From: an uncultured bacterium
Lineage (GTDB): Bacteria; Schekmanbacteria; GWA2-38-11; J061
Direction: 5' to 3'
DNA: 63,529 bases
Assembly (NCBI GenBank): GCA_964549305.1
Contig: CAZJVM010000005.1
Coordinates: 10,524 to 74,052, forward strand
A program made the translations under genes and the position numbers. Every line of letters starts with the position of its first letter. The stretch's first letter is position 1. A model generated the notes under the pieces. The model was not told where the DNA came from, did not search any database, and saw nothing but the letters and a program-made list of their open reading frames with translations. Shown here in pieces: positions 49,973 to 59,496 of the stretch.

Positions 49973-50050
49973 AGTAAATAGTAACTTTAATTTTATTCAG
50001 CTTTTATTTTAATTTTAAAGAATAATCATCGTCAACAAACATTATCGTCT

Positions 50051-51295
50051 TTACAAACAAGAATACACTTCTTTGCCTGCGATTATGGAGAGATTTACCT
50101 CCTTTGCATAATCTATTAAACCGTCTAACACTCTTTGTCCGCCTGATTCAAAATCCAAAGGGACCGAAATCATATCAGCGCAAAATGCCGGCGCAATAAT
50201 ACCCAGTTTCTCTTCCATTCCAAATGCCAAAGCGCCTTTTACAGTTGCAGAGGCAATTAAATCCTCAGAGGAAAGAGAAGGGTATATTTTCCTCAAATGC
50301 CGCAATTCATCAAACATATTAATTGCGTCATTGCTCGCACAACTGTCTGTGCCCACTGCAAGATTTATACCCTTGTAAAAACAATCTTCCACGGGCGAGG
50401 TCTCTCTGCCAAACCAGTAATTATTAGATAATGGGCAAACCACAACTGATATGCCGGAATCTGCCACTATATCCAAATCTTTCGCGGAATAAAAATTCAG
50501 ATGAACAAGGGTGTTGTTTTCCTTCAGCAAGCCCAATTCCTTTAAAAATTCCACAGGAGATTTTCCCTCTGCCTGCCAGTTTTCATCAATCTGACCGAAA
50601 AAAGACAAAAGCGAAAAAAACGGCCCTTCCCCGAACTGAAGAAAATCACATTCTTCTTTCGTTTCCGCGCAATGTATCTGCACCGGAAGTTTTTCAGTAA
50701 CTGAAAAGTCAGAGCATTTTTTAAAAATTTCTTTTGACACCGAATAGACAGCGTGAGGGCTTATGGCAGGCAATATATTTCTATAATTCCTCTCTTTATG
50801 TATTTTGATGGTTTCCTTTAATTGCCCAAAAACCCTGGCTGAGTCTTTTTTGCCGTAACCGATTGCCTCATAAAAAACCATTCCTCTTGCCCCAGTCCTT
50901 TCAAGCGCCGACGCGCTTGTAAAACTGCCGGATATATCGGCAAAAAAGGTACATCCGCCTTTTATTCCTTCTACGATTCCTGTCTCCACGAATTGTTCAA
51001 AATCCTCCTGTGGAGTTTTCAATTTGAGGCGGATTATATCTTCAACCCAACGGGAGAATGAAGAATTGCGGTTTAGAAGATTTCTGAAACCGGTAAGCTC
51101 AAGATGGCAGTGGGAGTTAATGAAACCGGGAAGAAGTATGGAGTTTCCGATATCATAATCAACGGAATCCCCGGCACTGTTTGAGGAACTAACAGACTTT
51201 ATTACTCCCTCATCAAAAGTCACAAGAAAGTTTTCCAAAAGACCGCATTGAGGAGAATAGAGATATTTCCCCTTTATCTTTTTTTCCGAAGACAA
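50051..51295 (-). CDS. Metal-dependent amidohydrolase (deaminase; aminofutalosine-deaminase/SsnA-like)
   Basis: PGFINSHCHLE, SPHA.YS, H.AET..E, VH, CP.SN, GTD. Confidence 0.8.
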   Translation of the reverse strand: MSSEKKIKGKYLYSPQCGLLENFLVTFDEGVIKSVSSSNSAGDSVDYDIGNSILLPGFINSHCHLELTGFRNLLNRNSSFSRWVEDIIRLKLKTPQEDFEQFVETGIVEGIKGGCTFFADISGSFTSASALERTGARGMVFYEAIGYGKKDSARVFGQLKETIKIHKERNYRNILPAISPHAVYSVSKEIFKKCSDFSVTEKLPVQIHCAETKEECDFLQFGEGPFFSLLSFFGQIDENWQAEGKSPVEFLKELGLLKENNTLVHLNFYSAKDLDIVADSGISVVVCPLSNNYWFGRETSPVEDCFYKGINLAVGTDSCASNDAINMFDELRHLRKIYPSLSSEDLIASATVKGALAFGMEEKLGIIAPAFCADMISVPLDFESGGQRVLDGLIDYAKEVNLSIIAGKEVYSCL

Positions 51296-51313
51296 TGATT
51301 TTTGGGGATATTC

Positions 51314-52432
51314 CTATTTTTCAGGCGCTTTTTTCTCTTTCACTTTTTCCTCTTTTACCACGCCGTAAACATTTGCTATAAATTCAGGATAATCCTTACT
51401 GTCGGTAATAATTTTTACTGTACTTTTGAAACTTCCCTCCTCAAGCTGTGATGAAGGTGTTAAGATTATCTTTGCCGATTCTCCCGACTTTACCGTATAT
51501 GGTGTTTTGAATTCAGTATTTACCACTTTATTATCATACTCTACCTTTACAACTTTCAGATTTTTTTCTCCGAAGTTTTTTACACTTATCTTTCTTCTCG
51601 CCTTTTTCCCCTTCTTCACCACATTGAATCCCACATTCTTCGGGATAAACTGTATTTCTCCAGTAAGCTGACCTGAAAAAGGTATTAGCACCTTTTCCTT
51701 TTGTCCTTTTACAGTAACTTCCACATTTCCGAATACCCCTCTGGGAGATGTAATCAATTCCTTATCGGGAGTGTATTTGAAGGTGATATCCGATGACTCA
51801 TTCGGATTTAAAAGTTTTTTGTAATCTCCGATTGCCAAATGCTTGTCCGAAGAAAAAACCTTTTCCAAAGTAACGGGTACGGCCATCATATTTTTAATCT
51901 TAATGGTCTTTTCGGCAACTTTCTGTCCGATTATTTTTCCGAAGGAAATGTATTGGGGCTTTGCCTCGAGAAGGGCTTTTACCCGGGCTTTTATATTTAA
52001 TGTCGTATTTTTTTTCTGTGGGTCATTTGATGAAAATCTTATCTGCCTGTGGACTTCACCATTAAACCTCTTTGAAGAAAAAATTATTCTTAAATCCCCT
52101 TTTTGCCCCGGTTTGATTACGCTTGAAGATGCCATTGCCGCTGTACAGCCACAGGATGTCTTTATATCTTTTATGTTAAGGTCCGCATTGCCTTCGTTTT
52201 TAATTTTAAATACATGCTCCGCTTTGCTTTGCTGAAGCATTTCGCCGAAATCAAAGGATTCCTCTTCCATTACGAGCTTAGGCAGTTTTTCGCTCTTTTG
52301 TGTTGCAGACACCTCGGCTTTCTTTACCTCCGCTTTTTCCCCGGCGACAGCGCCCATGGGCAAAACAAGAAGTGGAGCAACAACAAATAAAAGGAAAAAC
52401 AACGCCGCATTCGAATATATTTTTTTCGTCAT
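51314..52432 (-). CDS. Secreted DUF1573 / multi-Ig-fold protein
   Basis: Signal peptide, FDFG, F...N.G...L.I....SCGCT....I.PG, SND, then two further Ig-like repeats. Confidence 0.8.
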   Translation of the reverse strand: MTKKIYSNAALFFLLFVVAPLLVLPMGAVAGEKAEVKKAEVSATQKSEKLPKLVMEEESFDFGEMLQQSKAEHVFKIKNEGNADLNIKDIKTSCGCTAAMASSSVIKPGQKGDLRIIFSSKRFNGEVHRQIRFSSNDPQKKNTTLNIKARVKALLEAKPQYISFGKIIGQKVAEKTIKIKNMMAVPVTLEKVFSSDKHLAIGDYKKLLNPNESSDITFKYTPDKELITSPRGVFGNVEVTVKGQKEKVLIPFSGQLTGEIQFIPKNVGFNVVKKGKKARRKISVKNFGEKNLKVVKVEYDNKVVNTEFKTPYTVKSGESAKIILTPSSQLEEGSFKSTVKIITDSKDYPEFIANVYGVVKEEKVKEKKAPEK

Positions 52433-52568
52433 TTCTTCATATCCTCCAAAAAAATTTTATAGTTAATTTATAACAGTTTTAAGCTATTAATAAAGTTATT
52501 TTTTTGTTATATTTAATTTTCACAGGGCTTTATTTGTCTAATATCAACTTAAGTAGGAAAGTTTTAAA

Positions 52569-53081
52569 ATGGTCAATAGGAAAAATATCGATGTGGAAAT
52601 AGTGATGGGAAGTGACTCCGATTTGCCCGTTATGGAAGAGACAGGAAAGATTTTAAAGCAAATGGGAATATCTTTCAGGTTGAATATCATCTCCGCCCAC
52701 AGAACTCCTGACGAATGCGCTGAATTCAGCAAGTCCGCCGAAAAGCGAGGCGTAAAAGTCATAATCGCAGGCGCGGGATATGCCGCACATCTTGCCGGTG
52801 TGATTGCCGCCTATACAACACTTCCCGTAATAGGCATTCCCCTCGAAGGGTCTTCCTTAAATGGTATGGACTCCCTGCTTTCCACAGTGCAGATGCCCGG
52901 AGGCGTTCCCGTTGCGGCAATGTCCATAGGAAAGGCAGGCGCAATGAACGCCGCATTTTACGCGGCAAGAATAATAGCCCTTAATGACGCGAAAGTTTCA
53001 AAAAAGCTCCGCAATCACATTGCCCATATGAAAAAGGGCGTCATCAAAAAGAATCATCTCGCAAGGGGAAAAAAAGCATAA
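52569..53081 (+). CDS. purE: N5-CAIR mutase
   Basis: MGSDSD, SAHRTP, AAHL.G, VQMP.GVPV. Confidence 0.96.
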   Translation: MVNRKNIDVEIVMGSDSDLPVMEETGKILKQMGISFRLNIISAHRTPDECAEFSKSAEKRGVKVIIAGAGYAAHLAGVIAAYTTLPVIGIPLEGSSLNGMDSLLSTVQMPGGVPVAAMSIGKAGAMNAAFYAARIIALNDAKVSKKLRNHIAHMKKGVIKKNHLARGKKA

Positions 53082-53107
53082 CGAAAAAGTATTTTTCCCG
53101 CGCAATT

Positions 53108-53926
53108 CTATTCAATGTAAGGGTCAAGGATATCCCTCAGGTTTTCCCCCACAATGTTAAAACAGAGAATTGTTACGAATATAACCGCTGAAGGGAAAAG
53201 AATTAGATGGGGAAAGAAACTCAGCGATTCCCATCCTTCGTTTGCAAGAGTGCCCCAGCTTGAAAAGGGAGGCGCTATTCCAAGCCCGAGAAAACTCAAT
53301 GAAGATTCTGCAAGTATAACCTGCGGTATCCTGAAGGTTGCCGTTACGAAAAGGGCGCTCAACGTCTGAGGGAGAATATGAACAAAAATTTTTCTCACTC
53401 TGCCTGCCCCCACCATTTCAGCCGCCTCTACAAACTCCATATTTTTAACCCGCAGAAATTCCCCTCTCATAATCCTTGCCACGCTTACCCAGCTCACGAT
53501 TGAAAGGCTCAAGACTATTCCGGTTATACCTCTTCCGATTAAGATGGATATCAGAATTATTACCAGAAGGTCGGGAATCGAATAGACGACATCGACCAGA
53601 CGCATGAGAAAAGAATCGGTTTTCCCTCCCGCATATCCCGCCAAAGCTCCGTAAAAAGTTCCAAAAAAAACGGCTATGAAAGACGATATAAGGGCAACGG
53701 CAAGAGATACGCGGGCTCCGAATATTATTCTGCTTAACAGGTCTCTGCCCAGTCTGTCAGTACCCAGAAGATGTGTTTCCGAAGGCGTCTGAAGAAGCGC
53801 TTCAGTATCCTGATATTCATAGGAATAGGGCGAGACGCTTTCCGCAAAAAATGCCGCGACCGTAAGTAGCAGTATTACTGCCAGAGATATGCAAAACATT
53901 TTTCTTTTTACAATTTGCCTTAACAT
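53108..53926 (-). CDS. oppC: Oligopeptide ABC transporter permease
   Basis: HLLGTDRLGRD, EFVEAA..GA (EAA loop), ESSLSFLGLG. Confidence 0.92.
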   Translation of the reverse strand: MLRQIVKRKMFCISLAVILLLTVAAFFAESVSPYSYEYQDTEALLQTPSETHLLGTDRLGRDLLSRIIFGARVSLAVALISSFIAVFFGTFYGALAGYAGGKTDSFLMRLVDVVYSIPDLLVIILISILIGRGITGIVLSLSIVSWVSVARIMRGEFLRVKNMEFVEAAEMVGAGRVRKIFVHILPQTLSALFVTATFRIPQVILAESSLSFLGLGIAPPFSSWGTLANEGWESLSFFPHLILFPSAVIFVTILCFNIVGENLRDILDPYIE

Positions 53927-53933
53927 TCTTCTT

Positions 53934-54854
53934 TTAAATCTCCTTCCTCAGGCGCGGTTCAATCAGGAAGTAGCACAAATCAACGGCAAAATTGGCCGAA
54001 ACGAGAATCACCGCGTATACAATCGTAATCCCCATAATAAGCGGATAATCTCTGTCAGTTACGGCAAGGACAAAAAACTTTCCCATTCCGGGTATGGAAA
54101 ATATCTCCTCAACAATAAATGATCCCGTTACAAGCGAAGCTAAAAGAGGTCCCATAACCGTTATTACCGGCATTATTGAATTGGGAATGACGTGTTTTAA
54201 AAAAATGCGCGGTTCACTCATTCCCTTTGCCCTGGCCGAAACAACATAGTTGCTTCCATACACTTCGATGATGCTTCCCCTGAAAAGTCTCGCTATATAT
54301 GCCGCAGGTCCTATTGCCATAGTAAATGCGGGAAGCAATACATATTCAGGCCCCTCCCAGAGCGCCGGAGGAAGCAAACGAAAATACCCGGAAAAGACGA
54401 GGACAAAAAAAGCCGCCAGAACAAAGCTTGGAAAGGACACGGCACAGGAAGAGAAGACTTGAACGAGATAATCGGAAAACCCCCTCACTCTCCACACAGA
54501 AAAGATTCCCGCCGATATGCCCAAAAAAAAGGAAAGGAAAAAAGCCCACAAACCCAAAAGCGCCGATACCGGAAAGGCGTCTCCCACAATATCGGAGACC
54601 GACCGTCCAAGATATTTATATGACGGGCCAAGGTCTCCTCCCGACGCGCCTTTAATATAATGAAAAAATTGCTCGCTTAGCGGAAGATTGAGATTAAATT
54701 TTTCTTCAATATTGGCTTTTATCTTATCCGGAAGAGCCTTTTCTTTATCAAAAGGACCTCCGGGCACAGAATGCATTATGGCAAAAGATATTGCGATAAC
54801 CGAAAAAATGATGACCACATTCAGGAGCATTCTTTTTAAGATAAATTTTGCCAC
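53934..54854 (-). CDS. oppB: Oligopeptide ABC transporter permease
   Basis: PGGPF, GDLGPS, ARAKG, EEIFSIPGMG, RDYP. Confidence 0.92.
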   Translation of the reverse strand: MAKFILKRMLLNVVIIFSVIAISFAIMHSVPGGPFDKEKALPDKIKANIEEKFNLNLPLSEQFFHYIKGASGGDLGPSYKYLGRSVSDIVGDAFPVSALLGLWAFFLSFFLGISAGIFSVWRVRGFSDYLVQVFSSCAVSFPSFVLAAFFVLVFSGYFRLLPPALWEGPEYVLLPAFTMAIGPAAYIARLFRGSIIEVYGSNYVVSARAKGMSEPRIFLKHVIPNSIMPVITVMGPLLASLVTGSFIVEEIFSIPGMGKFFVLAVTDRDYPLIMGITIVYAVILVSANFAVDLCYFLIEPRLRKEI

Positions 54855-56441
54855 TCAGTTTTCCTCATTCCCTTTAAGCTTGCTGAAATAGAATATATCG
54901 AGAGGATTAAATCCCGCTTTTGAAAGATGCGGTTTTACAAGCAGGTTTTTTGACCCCGTGAAAAGCGGAATAATAGGTACATCTTCTTCGCAAAGAATTT
55001 TTTGCGCCTTGTCATATATTTCTTTTCTTTTCTTTTTATCATTTGTTACAACCGCCTCTTCAATTAACCTGTCATATTCTTCGCTCTTCCATCCTGTATT
55101 GTTATTACCGCTGGTTGAAGTGAAAAGGCGCATAAAGTTATCGGGGTCCGGAAAATCCGCGCCCCATCCGAGTCGAAAAAATGCAGGCGTATCCGTATTG
55201 AGACGCCCGAGATATACCTTCCACTCAAGATTATCGAGTTTTAGTCTTACATTGAGATTTCGCAAAAGCTGCGACTGAACATTTTCCGCGATTATGAGGT
55301 TTTCGGGCGATGAATTAAAAGTGAGCGTGACTTCGGGAAAACCCTCACCGTCCTTAAATCCTGCCTCTTCGAGATATTTTCTTCCTCTATGGGGATTAAA
55401 GGAGGTCCCCGTCTCTTCGCTGTATGAAAACATCCCCGGAGGTATCCACGAATCCGACGGAATTTCATTTCCCCGAAGAGCGTTCACTATCTCATCTTTA
55501 TTGATTGCAGAGGCAAAAGCTCTTCGCACAGAGGCATTGTCGAAAGGATATTTTCTTATATTAAATCCGTAATAGTAGCCCCTGAAAACAGGAAAGCTTA
55601 TAAAATCGTTTCGCTCTTTCATAAGAGAAACGGCTATGGAAGGCACTGCGGCAACATCGAGGATGCCAGATTCATAGAGAAGAAGCGCCGTATTCGGTTG
55701 CTGTACGATGAATATATTGACTTCATCGAATCCCTCATTGCCCCCGTAATAAGAAGGGTTTTTTTTCAAAATGACTTTATAATCGTGTTCCCACTCTGAA
55801 AGGATATAAGGTCCGTTTACTGCCATTTTTCCTTCCTCCGCCCATTTGTCGCCGTATTTTGCAACCAAATCCTCACGCATTGGAAAGGTAACCATAAAAG
55901 CCGTAAGATAGGGGAAAAAGGAAACCGGTTTTTCAAGCTCAACTTCCAAAACATATTCAGATAATGCCCTCACCTGGAGTTTTTCCGCATCCTTGATTTC
56001 TCCTGAATTATACCGGTAAGCATTTTTTATATCATAAAGGAAATAGGCGTATTCGGCTGCAGTTTCAGGAGAGAGAAGCCTTCTCCACGAATAGACAAAG
56101 TCCTCTGCCGTAACATTTCTGCCGTCACTCCAGCGAACATCGTCACGTAAATAAAAGCGAAACCTCGTGAATGAATCGAAGGATTCCCACCTCGAAGCGA
56201 CTGCCGGAAGAAGATTCATCTCTTCGTCAAACTTCGTCAACCCTTCCATTATGTTGTTTATAACAGCAAAGGAAACATTGTCAGTTGCAAGATTCCAGTC
56301 AAGAGTGGGCGGTTCCGACGAGAGAGAGAGCGACAGCGAATTTTGTGTGGAAGACTCCTGCGCCTTGGCGCACGAAAGCATAGAGAGAATAAGAACGAAA
56401 ATAAAAATGTTCCTTATGAACAATAAAGTTTTGATTTTCAT
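54855..56441 (-). CDS. oppA: Oligopeptide-binding lipoprotein (SBP family 5)
   Basis: Lipobox MLS-C, P.TLD, EGL, WSDG..VTAEDF.YSW.R, W.AD.PDP. The start at 56441 is preferred over 56510, which would overlap the cytochrome gene. Confidence 0.9.
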   Translation of the reverse strand: MKIKTLLFIRNIFIFVLILSMLSCAKAQESSTQNSLSLSLSSEPPTLDWNLATDNVSFAVINNIMEGLTKFDEEMNLLPAVASRWESFDSFTRFRFYLRDDVRWSDGRNVTAEDFVYSWRRLLSPETAAEYAYFLYDIKNAYRYNSGEIKDAEKLQVRALSEYVLEVELEKPVSFFPYLTAFMVTFPMREDLVAKYGDKWAEEGKMAVNGPYILSEWEHDYKVILKKNPSYYGGNEGFDEVNIFIVQQPNTALLLYESGILDVAAVPSIAVSLMKERNDFISFPVFRGYYYGFNIRKYPFDNASVRRAFASAINKDEIVNALRGNEIPSDSWIPPGMFSYSEETGTSFNPHRGRKYLEEAGFKDGEGFPEVTLTFNSSPENLIIAENVQSQLLRNLNVRLKLDNLEWKVYLGRLNTDTPAFFRLGWGADFPDPDNFMRLFTSTSGNNNTGWKSEEYDRLIEEAVVTNDKKKRKEIYDKAQKILCEEDVPIIPLFTGSKNLLVKPHLSKAGFNPLDIFYFSKLKGNEEN

Positions 56442-56488
56442 TTCCCGATTAAATTTCTGTGCATTGAAAAAAAATCCCGAACTTATCA

Positions 56489-57541
56489 ATGAAAATGACG
56501 GACAAACCATTATTTAAAAGTTTCGCATTAATTTCAATTTTTCTTTTCCAGTCACTCATAATTTTCGCAGGTGAATACCACACCGGAAGCACTCTCGTGT
56601 GCAAGGACTGCCACTCCATACACTCATCGGCAGGGCACGGCTACGGCGGCACATCGGGCGGTTATTCGAACACTGCATCGGGATTCCTGCTAAAGAGCAA
56701 CGGCGATGTGAACAAGTTATGCCTCTCCTGCCACGACGGCGATTCTTCCGCGCCCGATGTCCTGGAGTCAAATTCAGATGTGGAGGAAAGGTCTGCGGGA
56801 GCGTTGAATGATTCTTCGTCTTCAGGCGCATACTCACCGCAAAACGGCCACACGCTCGGCGCAACTTCTCGCGCGCCCGGCGGACGATGGATTCCCGCAG
56901 GTAGTTCGGGATTGAAATGCACCGACTGTCACCATCAGCACGGATATGTGCCTGATGGCTCAAAGGATATAAGCGGAAACACCGTAAACGGCACATACCG
57001 CAACCTTAAAGTAAATCCCGGCAATGCCTCACAGTCTATTGCCGTAAGCTATGCCGCAGGTTCAAATGATTCCACACGCGATGTATTCATTCAGGACGCT
57101 CAAAGCTACTCCATAGACAACACACAGTTAAACGAACCATCAAGCGACGATTCGGGAATTGCCACCTGGTGCAACGGCTGTCACGCAGAGCTTCACGGAC
57201 AGATAGGAGGTTCCGAAATCGGCGGCAGTAAAAGTCAGGGCGGATTCATAAGACATCCTTCGGCAGGCACTGACATAGGGGGAATCGGAGGCGAACATTC
57301 AAGCCTTGAAAGATTCAATTCCCTCACTTACACCACGCGCGTAATGGACCCTGACGGGATATGGTCTCCGGGCTCATACGACGGAAATGAAACGCCCACT
57401 TGTCTTACCTGCCACCGCGCGCACGGAAGCGAAAAACCCTTCGGGCTCATTTATATGACGGGAAACTCCTCTGCCACAGAAAGCGGAGACGGCGTCGAGG
57501 TTTATGACCTATGCAGGCAGTGCCACGTGCAGGCCCTATAA
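56489..57541 (+). CDS. Secreted hexahaem c-type cytochrome, OmcS-like architecture
   Basis: Sec signal peptide; six CxxCH motifs (CKDCH, CLSCH, CTDCH, CNGCH, CLTCH, CRQCH), spare His residues and Gly/Ser-rich loops. Confidence 0.88.
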   Translation: MKMTDKPLFKSFALISIFLFQSLIIFAGEYHTGSTLVCKDCHSIHSSAGHGYGGTSGGYSNTASGFLLKSNGDVNKLCLSCHDGDSSAPDVLESNSDVEERSAGALNDSSSSGAYSPQNGHTLGATSRAPGGRWIPAGSSGLKCTDCHHQHGYVPDGSKDISGNTVNGTYRNLKVNPGNASQSIAVSYAAGSNDSTRDVFIQDAQSYSIDNTQLNEPSSDDSGIATWCNGCHAELHGQIGGSEIGGSKSQGGFIRHPSAGTDIGGIGGEHSSLERFNSLTYTTRVMDPDGIWSPGSYDGNETPTCLTCHRAHGSEKPFGLIYMTGNSSATESGDGVEVYDLCRQCHVQAL

Positions 57542-57618
57542 TTATTATCTTTTTTCTTGATAAATACCCCCTATCCTGTAAATTTACGTAAATCTAAAAA
57601 CATCACTCAAGGTGAAAA

Positions 57619-58563
57619 ATGATATACAGAGAGCTTGGAAATAGCGGTATTAAGGTGTCTGCAATCGGATTGGGGACCTGGGCAATAGGAGGAATGTTTT
57701 GGGGAAAATCGAGCGACTCCGAAGCAGTTGCCGCAATAGAAACATCCATTGACTGCGGAATAACCCTCATCGACACTGCACCTGCCTACGGTACGGGACA
57801 CTCGGAAAAACTCGTGGGAAAGGCGGTAAAGGGAAAAAGGGACAGGGTTGTAATCGCCACCAAATGCGGACTTGACAGGAAAAAAGGTTTCATCATTGAT
57901 CTCAAGCCAACAAAAATCAGACAGGACCTGGAAGAATCTCTCAAGTATCTCTCCACCGATTACATAGACCTTTATCAGTGCCATTGGCCCGACCCGAAAG
58001 TGCCTGTGGAAGATACGATGGAAGAGCTTTTAAAAATGAAGGAAGAAGGAAAAATCCGCGCAATAGGCGTTTCAAACTTCGACGCGGATTTGCTTAAAAA
58101 AATTCCCGGCAAAGCGCCCGTTGCAAGCCTGCAATCTCACTACTCCCTTCTTCAGCGCGATATCGAAAAAGATATTCTTCCCCTGTGCAGGGAAAACAAC
58201 ATTGGCATTCTCGCTTACGGCTCGCTCGGAAGCGGCATCCTGACGGGAAAATACGAAAAGAAACCCGCTTTTTCAAAAAAAGACGCGCGCTCCTTTTTCT
58301 ATCCTTTTTACAAGGAACCCTTTTGGAGCAAATCTCAGATTCTTTTAAATGAAATGAAAAAAATCGCTGAAAAGCATAACAGGCCCGTTGCGCATATAGC
58401 CATAAGTTGGTTAATCGGACAGAAAGGTATAACATCAGCCCTCGCAGGCGCAAAGACTCCGCAGCAGGCAACATCCAATGCTGATGCCGCGGAATTCACA
58501 CTTAGTAAAGAAGAGCTTCATACATTGACACAAACAAGCGACAAAATCCTTAAAACTAAATAA
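57619..58563 (+). CDS. Aldo/keto reductase
   Basis: GLGTW, DTAPAYG.G.SE, ATK, IDLYQCHWPD, IGVSN. Confidence 0.94.
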   Translation: MIYRELGNSGIKVSAIGLGTWAIGGMFWGKSSDSEAVAAIETSIDCGITLIDTAPAYGTGHSEKLVGKAVKGKRDRVVIATKCGLDRKKGFIIDLKPTKIRQDLEESLKYLSTDYIDLYQCHWPDPKVPVEDTMEELLKMKEEGKIRAIGVSNFDADLLKKIPGKAPVASLQSHYSLLQRDIEKDILPLCRENNIGILAYGSLGSGILTGKYEKKPAFSKKDARSFFYPFYKEPFWSKSQILLNEMKKIAEKHNRPVAHIAISWLIGQKGITSALAGAKTPQQATSNADAAEFTLSKEELHTLTQTSDKILKTK

Positions 58564-58574
58564 CGTTCCTGCCT

Positions 58575-59468
58575 TTAAACCAAAGACTTTAAAAAATCCT
58601 TGAGATGATGGTCTCCGTAACAGGGCGCATCGAGTTCCATTCCCCCTATCGCGATAAAGAAACAAACCATATCTGAAAGGTTACGGTTGATAGGCCTTGC
58701 AATAACAGATATAAGCTTTAGCACCCACGTGGGAATATGTTTTATCTTGGGCTCCCGTCCGAGCACTTCAAAAGCAAGCAGGGCAACCTCTTCGTGAGTG
58801 AATATATCGGGACCTCCCACAGGCAGATATTTATTTTTCATATCGGGATTTGTAAAAGCGTCCACAGAAACCTTGGCAAGGTCAATGCCGTGAATGGGAT
58901 TGTATTTTGTCATTCCCGTACCAAAAACATAGGCAGTCGAACGGCTTTTTATCACTTCAAACTGCTTTCTCGTGTCATCGAAAAAACCCGTTGGCTGAGT
59001 CACCGTCCAACCCATTCCGGATTCCACAAGCGCTTTTTTAACGGCTTCCTTTGCCTCGGCAATCTTAACCGTTTTTGCCATCTCTACACTGCCAATGGTG
59101 GACGTATAGACAAAATGCTTTACACCCGCCGCTTTGGCGCGACGGACAATATTAATATTTGCCCCATAATCCACATCCCAGATGAGAGGTTTACGGTCAA
59201 ATGTCATAAAACCGATGCTTGAAAAAACTACATCTATGCCGTCGCATATACCCTCAAGCGTTGAATCGTCCGTTGCCTCGCCCTCAAAAATATCGTCGCA
59301 AAGATCCCTGATTCCTATCTTCTCGAGCTTTTGAGGATTTCTTGCAAGCGCGCGCACCCAGTAACCCTTTTCCTTGCAAATTTTAACGACATTGCTTCCG
59401 AGATAGCCAGTTGCGCCTGCAACAAGCACCCTCAAGGGTTTTTCTTTTCCTGCTCCGTTTTCCGCCAT
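58575..59468 (-). CDS. Atypical SDR / NAD(P)H-binding oxidoreductase
   Basis: AGATGYLG, VDYGAN, PTGFF, NPIHG.DLA. Confidence 0.88.
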   Translation of the reverse strand: MAENGAGKEKPLRVLVAGATGYLGSNVVKICKEKGYWVRALARNPQKLEKIGIRDLCDDIFEGEATDDSTLEGICDGIDVVFSSIGFMTFDRKPLIWDVDYGANINIVRRAKAAGVKHFVYTSTIGSVEMAKTVKIAEAKEAVKKALVESGMGWTVTQPTGFFDDTRKQFEVIKSRSTAYVFGTGMTKYNPIHGIDLAKVSVDAFTNPDMKNKYLPVGGPDIFTHEEVALLAFEVLGREPKIKHIPTWVLKLISVIARPINRNLSDMVCFFIAIGGMELDAPCYGDHHLKDFLKSLV

Positions 59469-59496
59469 TTACATCTCCTTCGCATTTTTTATTTAT

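Noticed and set aside
56489-57541. Higher GC of the cytochrome gene as evidence of recent horizontal transfer
   Set aside because: The Gly/Ser/Ala/His/Cys-rich composition explains it. There is no flanking integrase, IS, tRNA or direct repeat.
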